14,739 nt of DNA from a virus (IMGVR_UViG_3300042905_002309:233278-248016), one strand, 5' to 3'. Numbered from the stretch's first letter, positions 1 to 8,494 are shown. Numbers and translations are program-made. Notes: a model not told the origin generated them from the sequence alone.

Positions 1-313
1 GTTTTAAACGGTTTGGATAATCTTTCCACCATAGGTAAATTTCTTCCATAGATTGTCTAATAACTTTATGTTCATCATCAACATTATAATTAACAACCCC
101 ATCAACGACTTCTTCATCGTAGAATTTTTTGAAACAATCCATCATACCGTACAAAAGAATATCATCGGTATCATGACCACACCAAGGATTCAAAGATGTT
201 TTGATGATGTGGTGTTTACGTATGAAACGCATTTTTAATGCATAGGGTAAATTATATATCTTGTGGTATATAACGTAATAAAAATCAACTAATTTTTCCC
301 ATTTTTCTTTCAT
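1..313 (-). CDS. Hypothetical phage protein, 3'-truncated by window edge (at least 104 aa); absent from ORF track
   Basis: Manual translation: ATG at 313-311 overlaps the TGA of the upstream gene (ATGA); frame open to base 2: MKEKWEKLVDFYYVIYHKIYNLPYALKMRFIRKHHIIKTSLNPWCGHDTDDILLYGMMDCFKKFYDEEVVDGVVNYNVDDEHKVIRQSMEEIYLWWKDYPNRLK... Confidence 0.8.
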   Translation of the reverse strand, partial: MKEKWEKLVDFYYVIYHKIYNLPYALKMRFIRKHHIIKTSLNPWCGHDTDDILLYGMMDCFKKFYDEEVVDGVVNYNVDDEHKVIRQSMEEIYLWWKDYPNRLK

Positions 314-723
314 GTGTAGTCCATTTTCATTTTCTTTGCAACAGGTGTCACGATATCATCAAGGGTTAAACCAGTTGCTACGTCTTCTACTAATTTCTTA
401 ATATATTCAGTTTTCTCCAATTTGAGTATAGGGGTACGAATAATACTTGATGTAACTTCGACCATATAACTGTTAGGGAAAATTAAATCAATATTTTCAA
501 CTGCCTTTTCTGTCATATAGGAGATTACGAAACGACCACCTAATGGGCCAGTACAATTAAATACACGTACAGCAAGATCATCAGGATGCTTAGTATTATT
601 TACACGGCAATCATAATGCCATACTTTAATATCATCTCGCCCTACTACATCATGTGCGATACCTTTATAGATGAAAATATTTTCACCACAAACTTCACAT
701 GTTTTAAAAATTTCCGTATTCAT
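310..723 (-). CDS. Hypothetical protein with possible N-terminal Zn-binding motif (CEVC ... HYDC)
   Basis: 137-aa ORF, TAATG overlap with upstream gene, GAAGGA SD, TATAAATA box 22 nt upstream. Confidence 0.75.
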   Translation of the reverse strand: MNTEIFKTCEVCGENIFIYKGIAHDVVGRDDIKVWHYDCRVNNTKHPDDLAVRVFNCTGPLGGRFVISYMTEKAVENIDLIFPNSYMVEVTSSIIRTPILKLEKTEYIKKLVEDVATGLTLDDIVTPVAKKMKMDYT

Positions 724-1211
724 TAAATTCCTTCATCTTCCATATATTTATAACGTGGGTCTTTATCTGCACAAGTCTTGCAAAGGGTTTTAAGCCAACC
801 ACTTCCACAAATTTTACCATATTCTCCACAATCTTCACAAGTACATGCACTTCGTTCCTCGGCTCTGCTTACAATATCTTCAATAATATTATACCAAATT
901 TTACCAGTTTCTTCGTTGTAAGTAATACCCACATCGTCTAATTGTTTAGTGTGCCAGTAGAAACGGAGTGTTGCAAACTTTTCTTTAACTTGATCTGCAA
1001 CTAGTTGAATACCAGTGGTATCTGCAATAACTTGAACCTCTTCACAAAGCTTGTTTAAGAGGTCAAACCAACCTACGCCACAATTAATGCCCCAAAACAT
1101 ACAACTCTCACTCATATCCTTACTTCTGTCTTGAAATATAATTGGATATTTATCATATAGATATTTTTCCATATCCTCGTGTTTATCAAATTTTAATTGT
1201 TCTTTATTCAT
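723..1211 (-). CDS. Conserved phage hypothetical protein with C-terminal CxxC...CxxC Zn ribbon
   Basis: Motifs CGVGWFDLLNKLC, QVKEKFATLRFY, TCEDCG...GWLKTLCKTC match a pattern I recall from many phage hypotheticals; function unknown. Confidence 0.8.
   Translation of the reverse strand: MNKEQLKFDKHEDMEKYLYDKYPIIFQDRSKDMSESCMFWGINCGVGWFDLLNKLCEEVQVIADTTGIQLVADQVKEKFATLRFYWHTKQLDDVGITYNEETGKIWYNIIEDIVSRAEERSACTCEDCGEYGKICGSGWLKTLCKTCADKDPRYKYMEDEGI
745..752 (-). promoter_or_regulatory. T4-late-like promoter box TATAAATA
   Basis: Exact TATAAATA inside the 3' end of the 723-1211 gene, 22 nt upstream of the ATG at 723. Confidence 0.5.
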
Positions 1212-1217
1212 ACTAAT

Positions 1218-1245
1218 ATGTTAGCATAAAAGTATGATTTGTCAA
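1218..1245 (-). promoter_or_regulatory. Sigma70-like promoter, probably giving a leaderless transcript
   Basis: TTGACA (1245-1240), 16-nt spacer ending TGc, TAACAT (1223-1218), then 6 nt to the ATG at 1211; no SD present. Confidence 0.6.
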
Positions 1246-1248
1246 CAA

Positions 1249-2127
1249 TTAAGTTTTTATGCAATATTTGATAACAGCATAAGGTTGTAGGTTGTTATGT
1301 GCCACACTTCCACCTTGGGATGCAATTCCTACTGAAACAGAGCCACTATAGGAATGGGTGTGGGAATCACCAGTAGTTGCAATTTCACTTGAATTAAAAG
1401 AACTACCAGCCGAAGTTCCTCTTTTAGTATTAGAAGAAACGTTATCACCACCTGCACCACCACTATCAGTCGTTCCACTAAAAGAACCACTTGCGGCACC
1501 ACCATGATTATGTGATGGTATTTCTGTTACACCTAATGTATGTGTATTTTCACCACCTGTTTTAGCAATGGCATTAAACTCAGTTTGGGATGCGTCATAT
1601 TGCACTAATGTTTTACCATTAAGATTTGGAACATTGAATGTGTTTATATCAACATTACCCCAAGTTGTTCCTATGGCTAAAAAGAGTGTGTTATAAGTAG
1701 TCCTACTCAGAGAGCTACCATCACAAGATATCCAGCCTACGGGTGCTGTAGCCATTGCAAACGGCATTATAGCACCAGCAGGTACATAATTGGCACCAGA
1801 TAACGTTATAATATTACCCGACATTGTATTAACTTCTGTGGATAAAGTAATAACATTAGAGGATAACGTACTAACATTGGATGTAAGTATATTAAAATCC
1901 GTTAAATTAGTTTTACCATCCAACTTATCTTTCAAATCTAATTGATAGTCAATATTACCACCAACGATATTACCCCATTTTGTAAAACTTGTTGCACTAG
2001 TAGGCCATGTTGTAACCGTGGAACCATTAAGCGTCAATTTACCAATATTATCACTAAACCCATTTATAATTAATTCTTGATGATAAGTTTTTTGTCTAAA
2101 TTGTGTTTGTTTATTGTTAATATCCAT
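1249..2127 (-). CDS. Phage tail-collar domain fibre protein (short tail fibre / microcystin-dependent-protein-like)
   Basis: GAIMPFAMATAPVGWISCDGSSLSRTTYNTLFLAIGTTWG...FNVPNL collar signature; GGENTHTL..EIPSHNH and AHNNLQPYAVIKYCIK C-terminal signature; heptad coiled coil (TSNVSTL SSNVITL STEVNTM SGNIITL) before the collar. Start uncertain (no clear SD). Confidence 0.92.
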   Translation of the reverse strand: MDINNKQTQFRQKTYHQELIINGFSDNIGKLTLNGSTVTTWPTSATSFTKWGNIVGGNIDYQLDLKDKLDGKTNLTDFNILTSNVSTLSSNVITLSTEVNTMSGNIITLSGANYVPAGAIMPFAMATAPVGWISCDGSSLSRTTYNTLFLAIGTTWGNVDINTFNVPNLNGKTLVQYDASQTEFNAIAKTGGENTHTLGVTEIPSHNHGGAASGSFSGTTDSGGAGGDNVSSNTKRGTSAGSSFNSSEIATTGDSHTHSYSGSVSVGIASQGGSVAHNNLQPYAVIKYCIKT

Positions 2128-2151
2128 TGTACACCAGCTTTAGTAAATTTA

Positions 2152-2940
2152 TTAAGCCGTTAAGATATCGTCTTTAAATTTACCGTGTTCATCACCAGTT
2201 TTACAATCAAGTTCAGGTTTCTGATCGTATCCACCTAAACCTAACAATTCTGTGGTACGAAGCATTAAATCTTCATAAGTTCCCATAGGACGTTCATCCA
2301 TAGCTTTCATAAAATAATGACTAAATGCACCACAATGTTGACCATCGATAAAAGCATCAGCACTTGTCTGATTACTTCGACACGCTGCCAATAGAATACC
2401 TTTATAGCTATCACCAGATACTACTAATGGATTAACTACCGGATTAGTGTTAAATCCAAATAATTTAGTTTCTTTCAGTTCAGTATTTACGATATAACGA
2501 GGACGTTCACCTGCATACCATAAATCACGTAAAGAACCACCAGCATGACAACAATCACTCCACTGTATCCATTTTACACCATCTTCTAGTTCGTTCATTA
2601 TTGCTGCCATATAATCATCTCTAATTACGTGTGCATCACTACCATCAAAATCGTCAGGACAATAACATTCATCATATCCCATTTTATCACTAGAACGCAT
2701 AGTTGTACCGTGTCCTGAATACATACTGAAAATCACATCACCACTTTTGGCTTTTTTCGCAATACCACGTAAAGCGTCTTTCCAATTTCCAGTTGTTAAA
2801 TCACTATCTCTAAGATCGGTAAAAATTTCGACACCGATTTTTTCTAGACGTTCACGCATAAGTGTTACATCTGTAATACATCCTGCTAGTTGATTTGCTG
2901 TATTTACATAATTTGAAGCTGTCAAAAGTGCATATTTCAT
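2152..2940 (-). CDS. Metacaspase / caspase-family cysteine protease (peptidase C14), p20+p10, no prodomain
   Basis: ALL...NY...NQLAGCITD, YSGHG (His77), DECYCPDD, IRDD, SDCCHAG (Cys131), LLAACRSNQTSAD, GAFS, QKPEL follow type I metacaspase motifs in order; AAGGA SD. Confidence 0.93.
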   Translation of the reverse strand: MKYALLTASNYVNTANQLAGCITDVTLMRERLEKIGVEIFTDLRDSDLTTGNWKDALRGIAKKAKSGDVIFSMYSGHGTTMRSSDKMGYDECYCPDDFDGSDAHVIRDDYMAAIMNELEDGVKWIQWSDCCHAGGSLRDLWYAGERPRYIVNTELKETKLFGFNTNPVVNPLVVSGDSYKGILLAACRSNQTSADAFIDGQHCGAFSHYFMKAMDERPMGTYEDLMLRTTELLGLGGYDQKPELDCKTGDEHGKFKDDILTA

Positions 2941-2951
2941 ATTTATTTCCT

Positions 2952-3518
2952 TTAAGGTGTTGCAGGTGGAGGGGGATTATCTACATCAGTATTGTTATTA
3001 TCCGAATTTACATTTAACACAGTTGTTCCACCACCACTACCACCTGCATTAACTGTTGTATTATTTCCATCTGAATTAACATTTACAGCAGTAGTCCCAT
3101 CACCATTATTAACTGTAACATTAGTTTCTTCTTTACTATTACTGCTATCGAATACTTTTACGGCTCCGTATACAATTGTTGTCCATAAACCTGCATCACC
3201 TAAAAAGGCAAAAGTAGATGAAACAGGTGCTTCTTTAAATGTTCTGAATCCACTCCAAGTATCGGGATTTAATAAATCTACAGCAACAAAAGCACCCTTT
3301 AAGTCTTGTGTAGGAATAATTCTAACTACACTTCTAGGTGACACACCAGCATTCAATGCTCTTATTTGGTCTGGATTATTTCTTGCGATAATCTGTTCTT
3401 GAATTGCGTTATCTTTCACTCTACTGGCATTATATGACGAAATTGGCATAAGAACTGCACAACCAGACATATAAATCATACCTAAACCCAACATTAAACT
3501 TACTAATACATTTTTCAT
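2952..3518 (-). CDS. Putative lipoprotein with internal hydrophobic segment and Asn/Gly/Thr-rich repeat tail
   Basis: MKNVLVSLMLGLGMIYMSG-C20 lipobox-like signal; hydrophobic aa ~99-123; ~10-aa repeats aa 132-181; PPPPATP end; AAGGA SD. Confidence 0.8.
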   Translation of the reverse strand: MKNVLVSLMLGLGMIYMSGCAVLMPISSYNASRVKDNAIQEQIIARNNPDQIRALNAGVSPRSVVRIIPTQDLKGAFVAVDLLNPDTWSGFRTFKEAPVSSTFAFLGDAGLWTTIVYGAVKVFDSSNSKEETNVTVNNGDGTTAVNVNSDGNNTTVNAGGSGGGTTVLNVNSDNNNTDVDNPPPPATP

Positions 3519-3537
3519 AGTTTTCTTCCTTTATAAT

Positions 3538-3565
3538 GATTTATCAAATTCATTCGAAATGTCAA
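3538..3565 (-). promoter_or_regulatory. Sigma70-like promoter upstream of the lipoprotein-metacaspase pair
   Basis: TTGACA (3565-3560), 13 nt, TGa, TAAATC in the 48-nt intergenic gap; same spacing as the 1218-1245 promoter; -10 is imperfect. Confidence 0.5.
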
Positions 3566-3566
3566 G

Positions 3567-4106
3567 TTATTTTTCAGTTTTAGTTAATGCAGGTATTTGT
3601 GATTGTGGGGATTGATGCATACCAATAGGAACTGGTTGATAAATATATTGTGGTGTGGGTGTAAAACTATGAGCATTAATCCAAATAATCAATCCACATA
3701 ATCCACCTAACAATGAAATTAATCCTACGGTATATACAGCATATTTTTTTGGTTCTTTTTTAACATCATCTATTTTATCTGCCATAGTCTTGTTGTTTAA
3801 TGTCACTTGTGCGTCCATAGCTCTAAGATTTATTTCAATCTGTGCCATTCTCGCACCACCATCACGTAATTGAGTTTGTATACTTAACGTACCATTATCA
3901 ATAAATAATCGCTTATCGATACTGGATAATTGTTTAGTAATACCTGACAAAAGTTCGTTTGTATGGATTTTATCATTTTTAATGGTATTAATGTCACTTT
4001 TTACATTATTCATATCATCATAAATGCTATCGATAGCTTCTTCCTTTACACAGATATGTTCTCCATTATTTTTACGTCTTTCGGTGCCTTTATAATCTTG
4101 TTCCAT
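3567..4106 (-). CDS. Coiled-coil protein with single C-terminal TM helix, XhlA/holin-like
   Basis: YKGTERRK N-terminal motif, coiled coil aa ~20-118, TM aa ~122-144 (YAVYTVGLISLLGGLCGLIIWI), Pro/Gln-rich tail. Holin function is inferred only. Confidence 0.55.
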   Translation of the reverse strand: MEQDYKGTERRKNNGEHICVKEEAIDSIYDDMNNVKSDINTIKNDKIHTNELLSGITKQLSSIDKRLFIDNGTLSIQTQLRDGGARMAQIEINLRAMDAQVTLNNKTMADKIDDVKKEPKKYAVYTVGLISLLGGLCGLIIWINAHSFTPTPQYIYQPVPIGMHQSPQSQIPALTKTEK

Positions 4107-4124
4107 AAATATATCCCTTTTAAA

Positions 4125-4132
4125 TATTTATA
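4125..4132 (-). promoter_or_regulatory. T4-late-like promoter box TATAAATA
   Basis: Exact match in intergenic DNA 19 nt upstream of the ATG at 4106. Confidence 0.6.
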
Positions 4133-4188
4133 TAATTTTGCACCAATTTAATAGGACTAAAAAATAGTTTTTTTAATTCTACCTGACG

Positions 4189-7100
4189 TTAATAAACAAT
4201 CTGACCAGACCACCAATTACCATTATTGCCATTTAACTGAGCACCACCACCAGCTATATTTGCAAAAATTTCATAATAGTCAGCGGCGTTAGTCGTTATG
4301 TCAACAAATGAATACCCATGTCCTAGTTCTTCACCCAAGTTGGTTGTTCTTTTAGAAAACACGGTACATTTTAAACCGCCATTTTTGTAAACATAAATAT
4401 ATGCTATAGAATTGTTAGCCATATCTACATTAAGATTACCAGATATTCTTATCATAACATTTGAAACACCGGGTATCCATCTTGCCACCGAATTAGAATA
4501 CGTTCCACCAACATTCAAGGTGTTATTCGTATATAAAACCTTATCTGTTGTACCACCACCAAATGTCTGTATTGCCCCACCAACATTCGCAAAGAATTTT
4601 CTTGATATTGCAACATTATTCCAAGATTGAGTATTAGACTCAATAATTGCAATTCTATTTGTTGCAGATGTCACTTGACCTTGTAAATTGGTTTCAGCTA
4701 CTATAGCTCTATTTGTTTCTATGTTAATTCTGTTTGAAAGATTAGTCTCAGCTACATACGCACGATTAGTCTCTATATTAATTCTGTTACTTAAATTAGT
4801 CTCAGCAATATAAGCACGATTTGTCTCAGCATTAATTGAATTATTGAGATTGGTATAATTGTCAATAATTGCATTTGTCAACCCTGCTTCGGCAATTATA
4901 GCTCTGTTTGTTTCTATGTTAATTCTGTTTGAAAGATTAGTCTCAGCTACATACGCACGATTAGTCTCTATATTAATTCTGTTACTTAAATTAGTCTCAG
5001 CAACATACGCTCTATTTGTCTCTGCAACTAAGTTAGAAGCAGTTGCATAGTACGATGGAATTTGATCACCTAATACATCAGCAGGAAAACGATTAACAAT
5101 AATCGTGCCATTTGTAGAACTGAAACCACACCATCCAATTTGCTTTGTAACAAATGGAGGTAGTGGAGGTACGTTAGTAAACCCACCCGCTGTAGTTGCA
5201 CTAAGATATAATGGTGTACCTGCAATGTACATAGATGTATCAATAGGGGTTGCCTCTGTTGTTCCAATTGCCATAACATGAGCCTTGGCACCAGCAGGAA
5301 CACCATTTTGAGTATTAATAATACCAAGCACTAGTGACTGATCACCCAAAATACAGGTAGCACGTTTGATGTTCTGTAAATGGTTGGTAGAACCGGGAGT
5401 AATGCTTACAACTTCTCCGGGCATCAAAGTATTAGTTTCGGTGTTGTACCCAAGGAAAACTGAATCACGACAAATTCTGAATTTTGTGCCAGTTGAGTCT
5501 ATGTAATAAGGTTGCTCCAATCCAGTAGTATTATCAAGATAAATCTTTATATGACCAACACTAGGTAAATTATAAGTGATATCGTTCAAACTATTAGGTG
5601 TAAACATATCAAGTGCTCCACCTAAAATTATATCACCATTTTGATGCGCTGTATTGATATAATAACTACCATCAGAACCTTCAGCCGTATAACGTTTTGG
5701 ATAATAGTTGAAGAAATTCTTCTGAATTATCTCAGTGTCGTATATGCGAATATTGTCGTTAGTTGTAGTAGCCGCACCAAACCATATGTTAGATGATGAA
5801 CCACTTATAACTCGTACATGATTATTTCTAATTATAGCAACATTCTCACCTGTTCCATCTTTTGCAAACGCCATAAATAAATTACAATTGTTTGTTTCGT
5901 CCATGTATAATCTTGTAGCATTACCCATTGACAACGTACTGCCAACTGCGTTGTCATGTGAAACTAGTTTAATTTTGTTGTTATGCATGTCATTACCGTG
6001 GTTTATAATGATATTGAAATTACCCGCAATACATTCATTAATACAGGCAGTGTCCGTATTATCATAGGTATGCATCAAACTGATCTCATCATTAGTATCA
6101 GTACAATTTAGAATAGACGAAGGAGCAAATGCAGTAAATGTGCTCAATCCTTGGTTATTTGTATCTGTTGTGTGTGCAAAGATAGAAACGTGGTCAACCG
6201 AACCATTAGTAGTTAAAATATTCAACTCATGATATGTCGTTCCATAATCTTCTACCAGTCCTCTTTTAATTAATACAACAGATTTTTCTGAAACTGTATT
6301 ATCATAATTTGCTCTCAACCAGCATGATCGTATTCCTGCATAAGCATCGTCAGCACCAGCATTAATAACAATAGATGGTTCATTATGAGAGAATACAGAC
6401 AACTTCGCTATTTCTGAACCACTAATATCCATATAATTAGTAGGATAGTATATAGCACCAATAATAATACAGCCTTGTATGTCTGCACCTTCTAGTGATA
6501 CATTCTCTTTCATTATGATGTTTGTACCGTTTAAATCATAAACACCGGGGCTAAGTAGAACAATGTATCTGTTGGTATCATTCGCAGCGGCATTAATGGC
6601 GGCTTGAATTGTCTTGAAAGGTAAGGTAGAACTATGCAATTCTGCGGTGGCATCATTACCATTAGGGTCAACGTATGCCTTACCTGAATTCATATTATTG
6701 ATTTTTGAATCAACGTAAAGTTTATTAACAACTTGATCGTCATTAGAAGGTAAGCCAGTAAGACCATCTATAAAATAACCACCAGAATTTGGACTCTGTG
6801 CTAATATTTGTGTTAATGAGGGAATTGCACCAGACCCACCACCAGAAGAAGTTGAAACATTACCTCTTTGGATTATCAATCTTCTATCAATCCATGAATC
6901 CGCAGATGTTCTTAAATTAGTATCACCACCCATGAAAATATAAGCAGTACAACGAGGAATATATGGAGCAAACCCCGGAGGCATATCTGGATCAGCACCA
7001 GCAAGAGCATCAGCGTAATTTGTATATGATGCTTGTGGATACATGTATGCCATTTGTTTTGAATTAGCAGCAGAAAATAGCAAACCACGATACCAGTTAC

Positions 7101-7968
7101 TCTCAACACAAGAAACAAGATTACTACCATTATCCCATTGATCTACAGGTAAATTACTAGCTAACCCAGTTACCCACATATCAGTATTTGTTCTATATAT
7201 AGGGATTAAGAATTTTCCAAGAGCCACATTATATTCAGTTAAATTTTTAGAAGGATGGGTATTAATCTCTATCATATTATGGATTTCAGTACCAGCGGTT
7301 TGTATGATAGCATTTAAATTGTAATTTGTATAATTAAGTGGACTGAAATTTAATCCATCTACAATTAACGAAGGGAAGATTTTACGGTGTGCATTATCCA
7401 TTCTCAAAGGCATTTCACCCATGGGAACAGTATCACCAACATGAAGAATTCTGCCTTGAGCACATGAAACAGTTACAACTGGAATAGTATTTTCGATATC
7501 AGATAAAGTGTTTACTGTCCATTGCATTTCATATGGATTGTTTACTCTCCAATATCCATAATTTACCCTGTTGTCGGTAAGTGTGTTACTTCCTGCAACC
7601 ATATGATAATATCCATGTATAGGAGAATAAACATCACCAGCAGTCCATGCAAACTCCAAACTAGGTAGAACTGCTTGTGTATAGGTAAATACTGGATAAT
7701 CTCTTGTAACTCCACGTGCAGCGGAATCTGCTAAAAATCTATCCAAATTGTAACCACCTAATGCTCCAACTTGTCTAATACCTTCTGATCCTAGTGTGGT
7801 AGATTGTAGATCATTAGTGTCTACTTTTTTAGATACTTCTACTGTAAGGTTGCTAACTTGTTCTACTACAATAGGTAAATCTACCACAGATGGTGTCATT
7901 GTAGAACCACCAAAACTGTTTAAAGAAAGAGCTAATACGGCTAATAGTTTGAATAATTGTTTTTTCAT
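4189..7968 (-). CDS. 1259-aa multi-domain fibre/adhesin: Sec-like signal peptide, beta-helix (pectate-lyase-like) region, coiled-coil repeats, C-terminal C1q-like head
   Basis: MKKQLFKLLAVLALSLNSFG N-terminus; DDQVVNKLYVD fibre motif; YVDPNGND...PFKTIQAAINAA...VLLSPGVY beta-helix cap at aa ~430; ETNRAxxAETNL repeats; C-terminal FFA..Q..KVLY..N.GGTY..RWIPG..IYVYKNG..DYYEIFA..WSG pattern of C1q-like domains; AAGGAG SD. Confidence 0.8.
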   Translation of the reverse strand: MKKQLFKLLAVLALSLNSFGGSTMTPSVVDLPIVVEQVSNLTVEVSKKVDTNDLQSTTLGSEGIRQVGALGGYNLDRFLADSAARGVTRDYPVFTYTQAVLPSLEFAWTAGDVYSPIHGYYHMVAGSNTLTDNRVNYGYWRVNNPYEMQWTVNTLSDIENTIPVVTVSCAQGRILHVGDTVPMGEMPLRMDNAHRKIFPSLIVDGLNFSPLNYTNYNLNAIIQTAGTEIHNMIEINTHPSKNLTEYNVALGKFLIPIYRTNTDMWVTGLASNLPVDQWDNGSNLVSCVESNWYRGLLFSAANSKQMAYMYPQASYTNYADALAGADPDMPPGFAPYIPRCTAYIFMGGDTNLRTSADSWIDRRLIIQRGNVSTSSGGGSGAIPSLTQILAQSPNSGGYFIDGLTGLPSNDDQVVNKLYVDSKINNMNSGKAYVDPNGNDATAELHSSTLPFKTIQAAINAAANDTNRYIVLLSPGVYDLNGTNIIMKENVSLEGADIQGCIIIGAIYYPTNYMDISGSEIAKLSVFSHNEPSIVINAGADDAYAGIRSCWLRANYDNTVSEKSVVLIKRGLVEDYGTTYHELNILTTNGSVDHVSIFAHTTDTNNQGLSTFTAFAPSSILNCTDTNDEISLMHTYDNTDTACINECIAGNFNIIINHGNDMHNNKIKLVSHDNAVGSTLSMGNATRLYMDETNNCNLFMAFAKDGTGENVAIIRNNHVRVISGSSSNIWFGAATTTNDNIRIYDTEIIQKNFFNYYPKRYTAEGSDGSYYINTAHQNGDIILGGALDMFTPNSLNDITYNLPSVGHIKIYLDNTTGLEQPYYIDSTGTKFRICRDSVFLGYNTETNTLMPGEVVSITPGSTNHLQNIKRATCILGDQSLVLGIINTQNGVPAGAKAHVMAIGTTEATPIDTSMYIAGTPLYLSATTAGGFTNVPPLPPFVTKQIGWCGFSSTNGTIIVNRFPADVLGDQIPSYYATASNLVAETNRAYVAETNLSNRINIETNRAYVAETNLSNRINIETNRAIIAEAGLTNAIIDNYTNLNNSINAETNRAYIAETNLSNRINIETNRAYVAETNLSNRINIETNRAIVAETNLQGQVTSATNRIAIIESNTQSWNNVAISRKFFANVGGAIQTFGGGTTDKVLYTNNTLNVGGTYSNSVARWIPGVSNVMIRISGNLNVDMANNSIAYIYVYKNGGLKCTVFSKRTTNLGEELGHGYSFVDITTNAADYYEIFANIAGGGAQLNGNNGNWWSGQIVY
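4712..5003. repeat. 97-bp perfect direct repeat (4712-4808 and 4907-5003, offset 195 nt = 65 codons)
   Basis: Compared base by base; encodes the AETNLSNRINIETNRAYVAETNLSNRINIETN block twice. Confidence 0.9.
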
Positions 7969-7976
7969 GGTACTCC

Positions 7977-8468
7977 TTATGCTTTATAATGACCGAACAC
8001 TACAACATTACCACCAGCAACTGAACCAATGGTGACATTTGTAACAGTTCTTTCAATACTATAAAACGAACCTTTGGCAATTTCTAAACCAGCGGCTGTA
8101 AGGCTACTAAAACTTGTTACTGGATTTGCATAAGAGATATAAATAGAACCAGTTGAACGATTAGATACTTCCATAAGGGTAACAGCAGGATCAAATGTTA
8201 TCATAGATGAAGCATTTGTATTAAATGTTACCAATTGTTCCAAAGTAGTATTAGGTAAACCACCTGATAAAATTGTTCCAGAAGAATCTCCACCTACACT
8301 GTAAACTAATTGAGCATAACGACCTCTTGTTGGTATTGCTGATCCAGTATAACTATTTGTGTAGGTTTCTGGATAGTTTGGTAATGTAGATGGATTAAGA
8401 TAAACGAATTTTCCATCTTCTGCTTGGGATGGTGGATATGGTACACTAAAATCTGCTTGAATTGTCAT
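7977..8468 (-). CDS. Hypothetical, probably virion structural protein (Thr/Ser/Gly-rich, beta-rich C-terminal half)
   Basis: 163-aa ORF, AGGAG SD, ACTAAATA late-like box upstream, lies among fibre genes. Confidence 0.75.
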   Translation of the reverse strand: MTIQADFSVPYPPSQAEDGKFVYLNPSTLPNYPETYTNSYTGSAIPTRGRYAQLVYSVGGDSSGTILSGGLPNTTLEQLVTFNTNASSMITFDPAVTLMEVSNRSTGSIYISYANPVTSFSSLTAAGLEIAKGSFYSIERTVTNVTIGSVAGGNVVVFGHYKA

Positions 8469-8494
8469 ATATTATTTCTCCTGTTTCTTTTAAT

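Noticed and set aside
53-238. Plus-strand 61-aa ORF
   Set aside because: Antisense shadow of the minus-strand gene starting at 313.
2992-3402. Plus-strand 136-aa ORF
   Set aside because: Fully antisense to the lipoprotein; no SD; openness explained by codon bias of the real gene.
3963-7130. Short ORFs 3963-4151, 4412-4630, 4859-5050, 5070-5327, 6912-7130
   Set aside because: Antisense or alternate-frame overlaps of long genes with no protein-like motifs.
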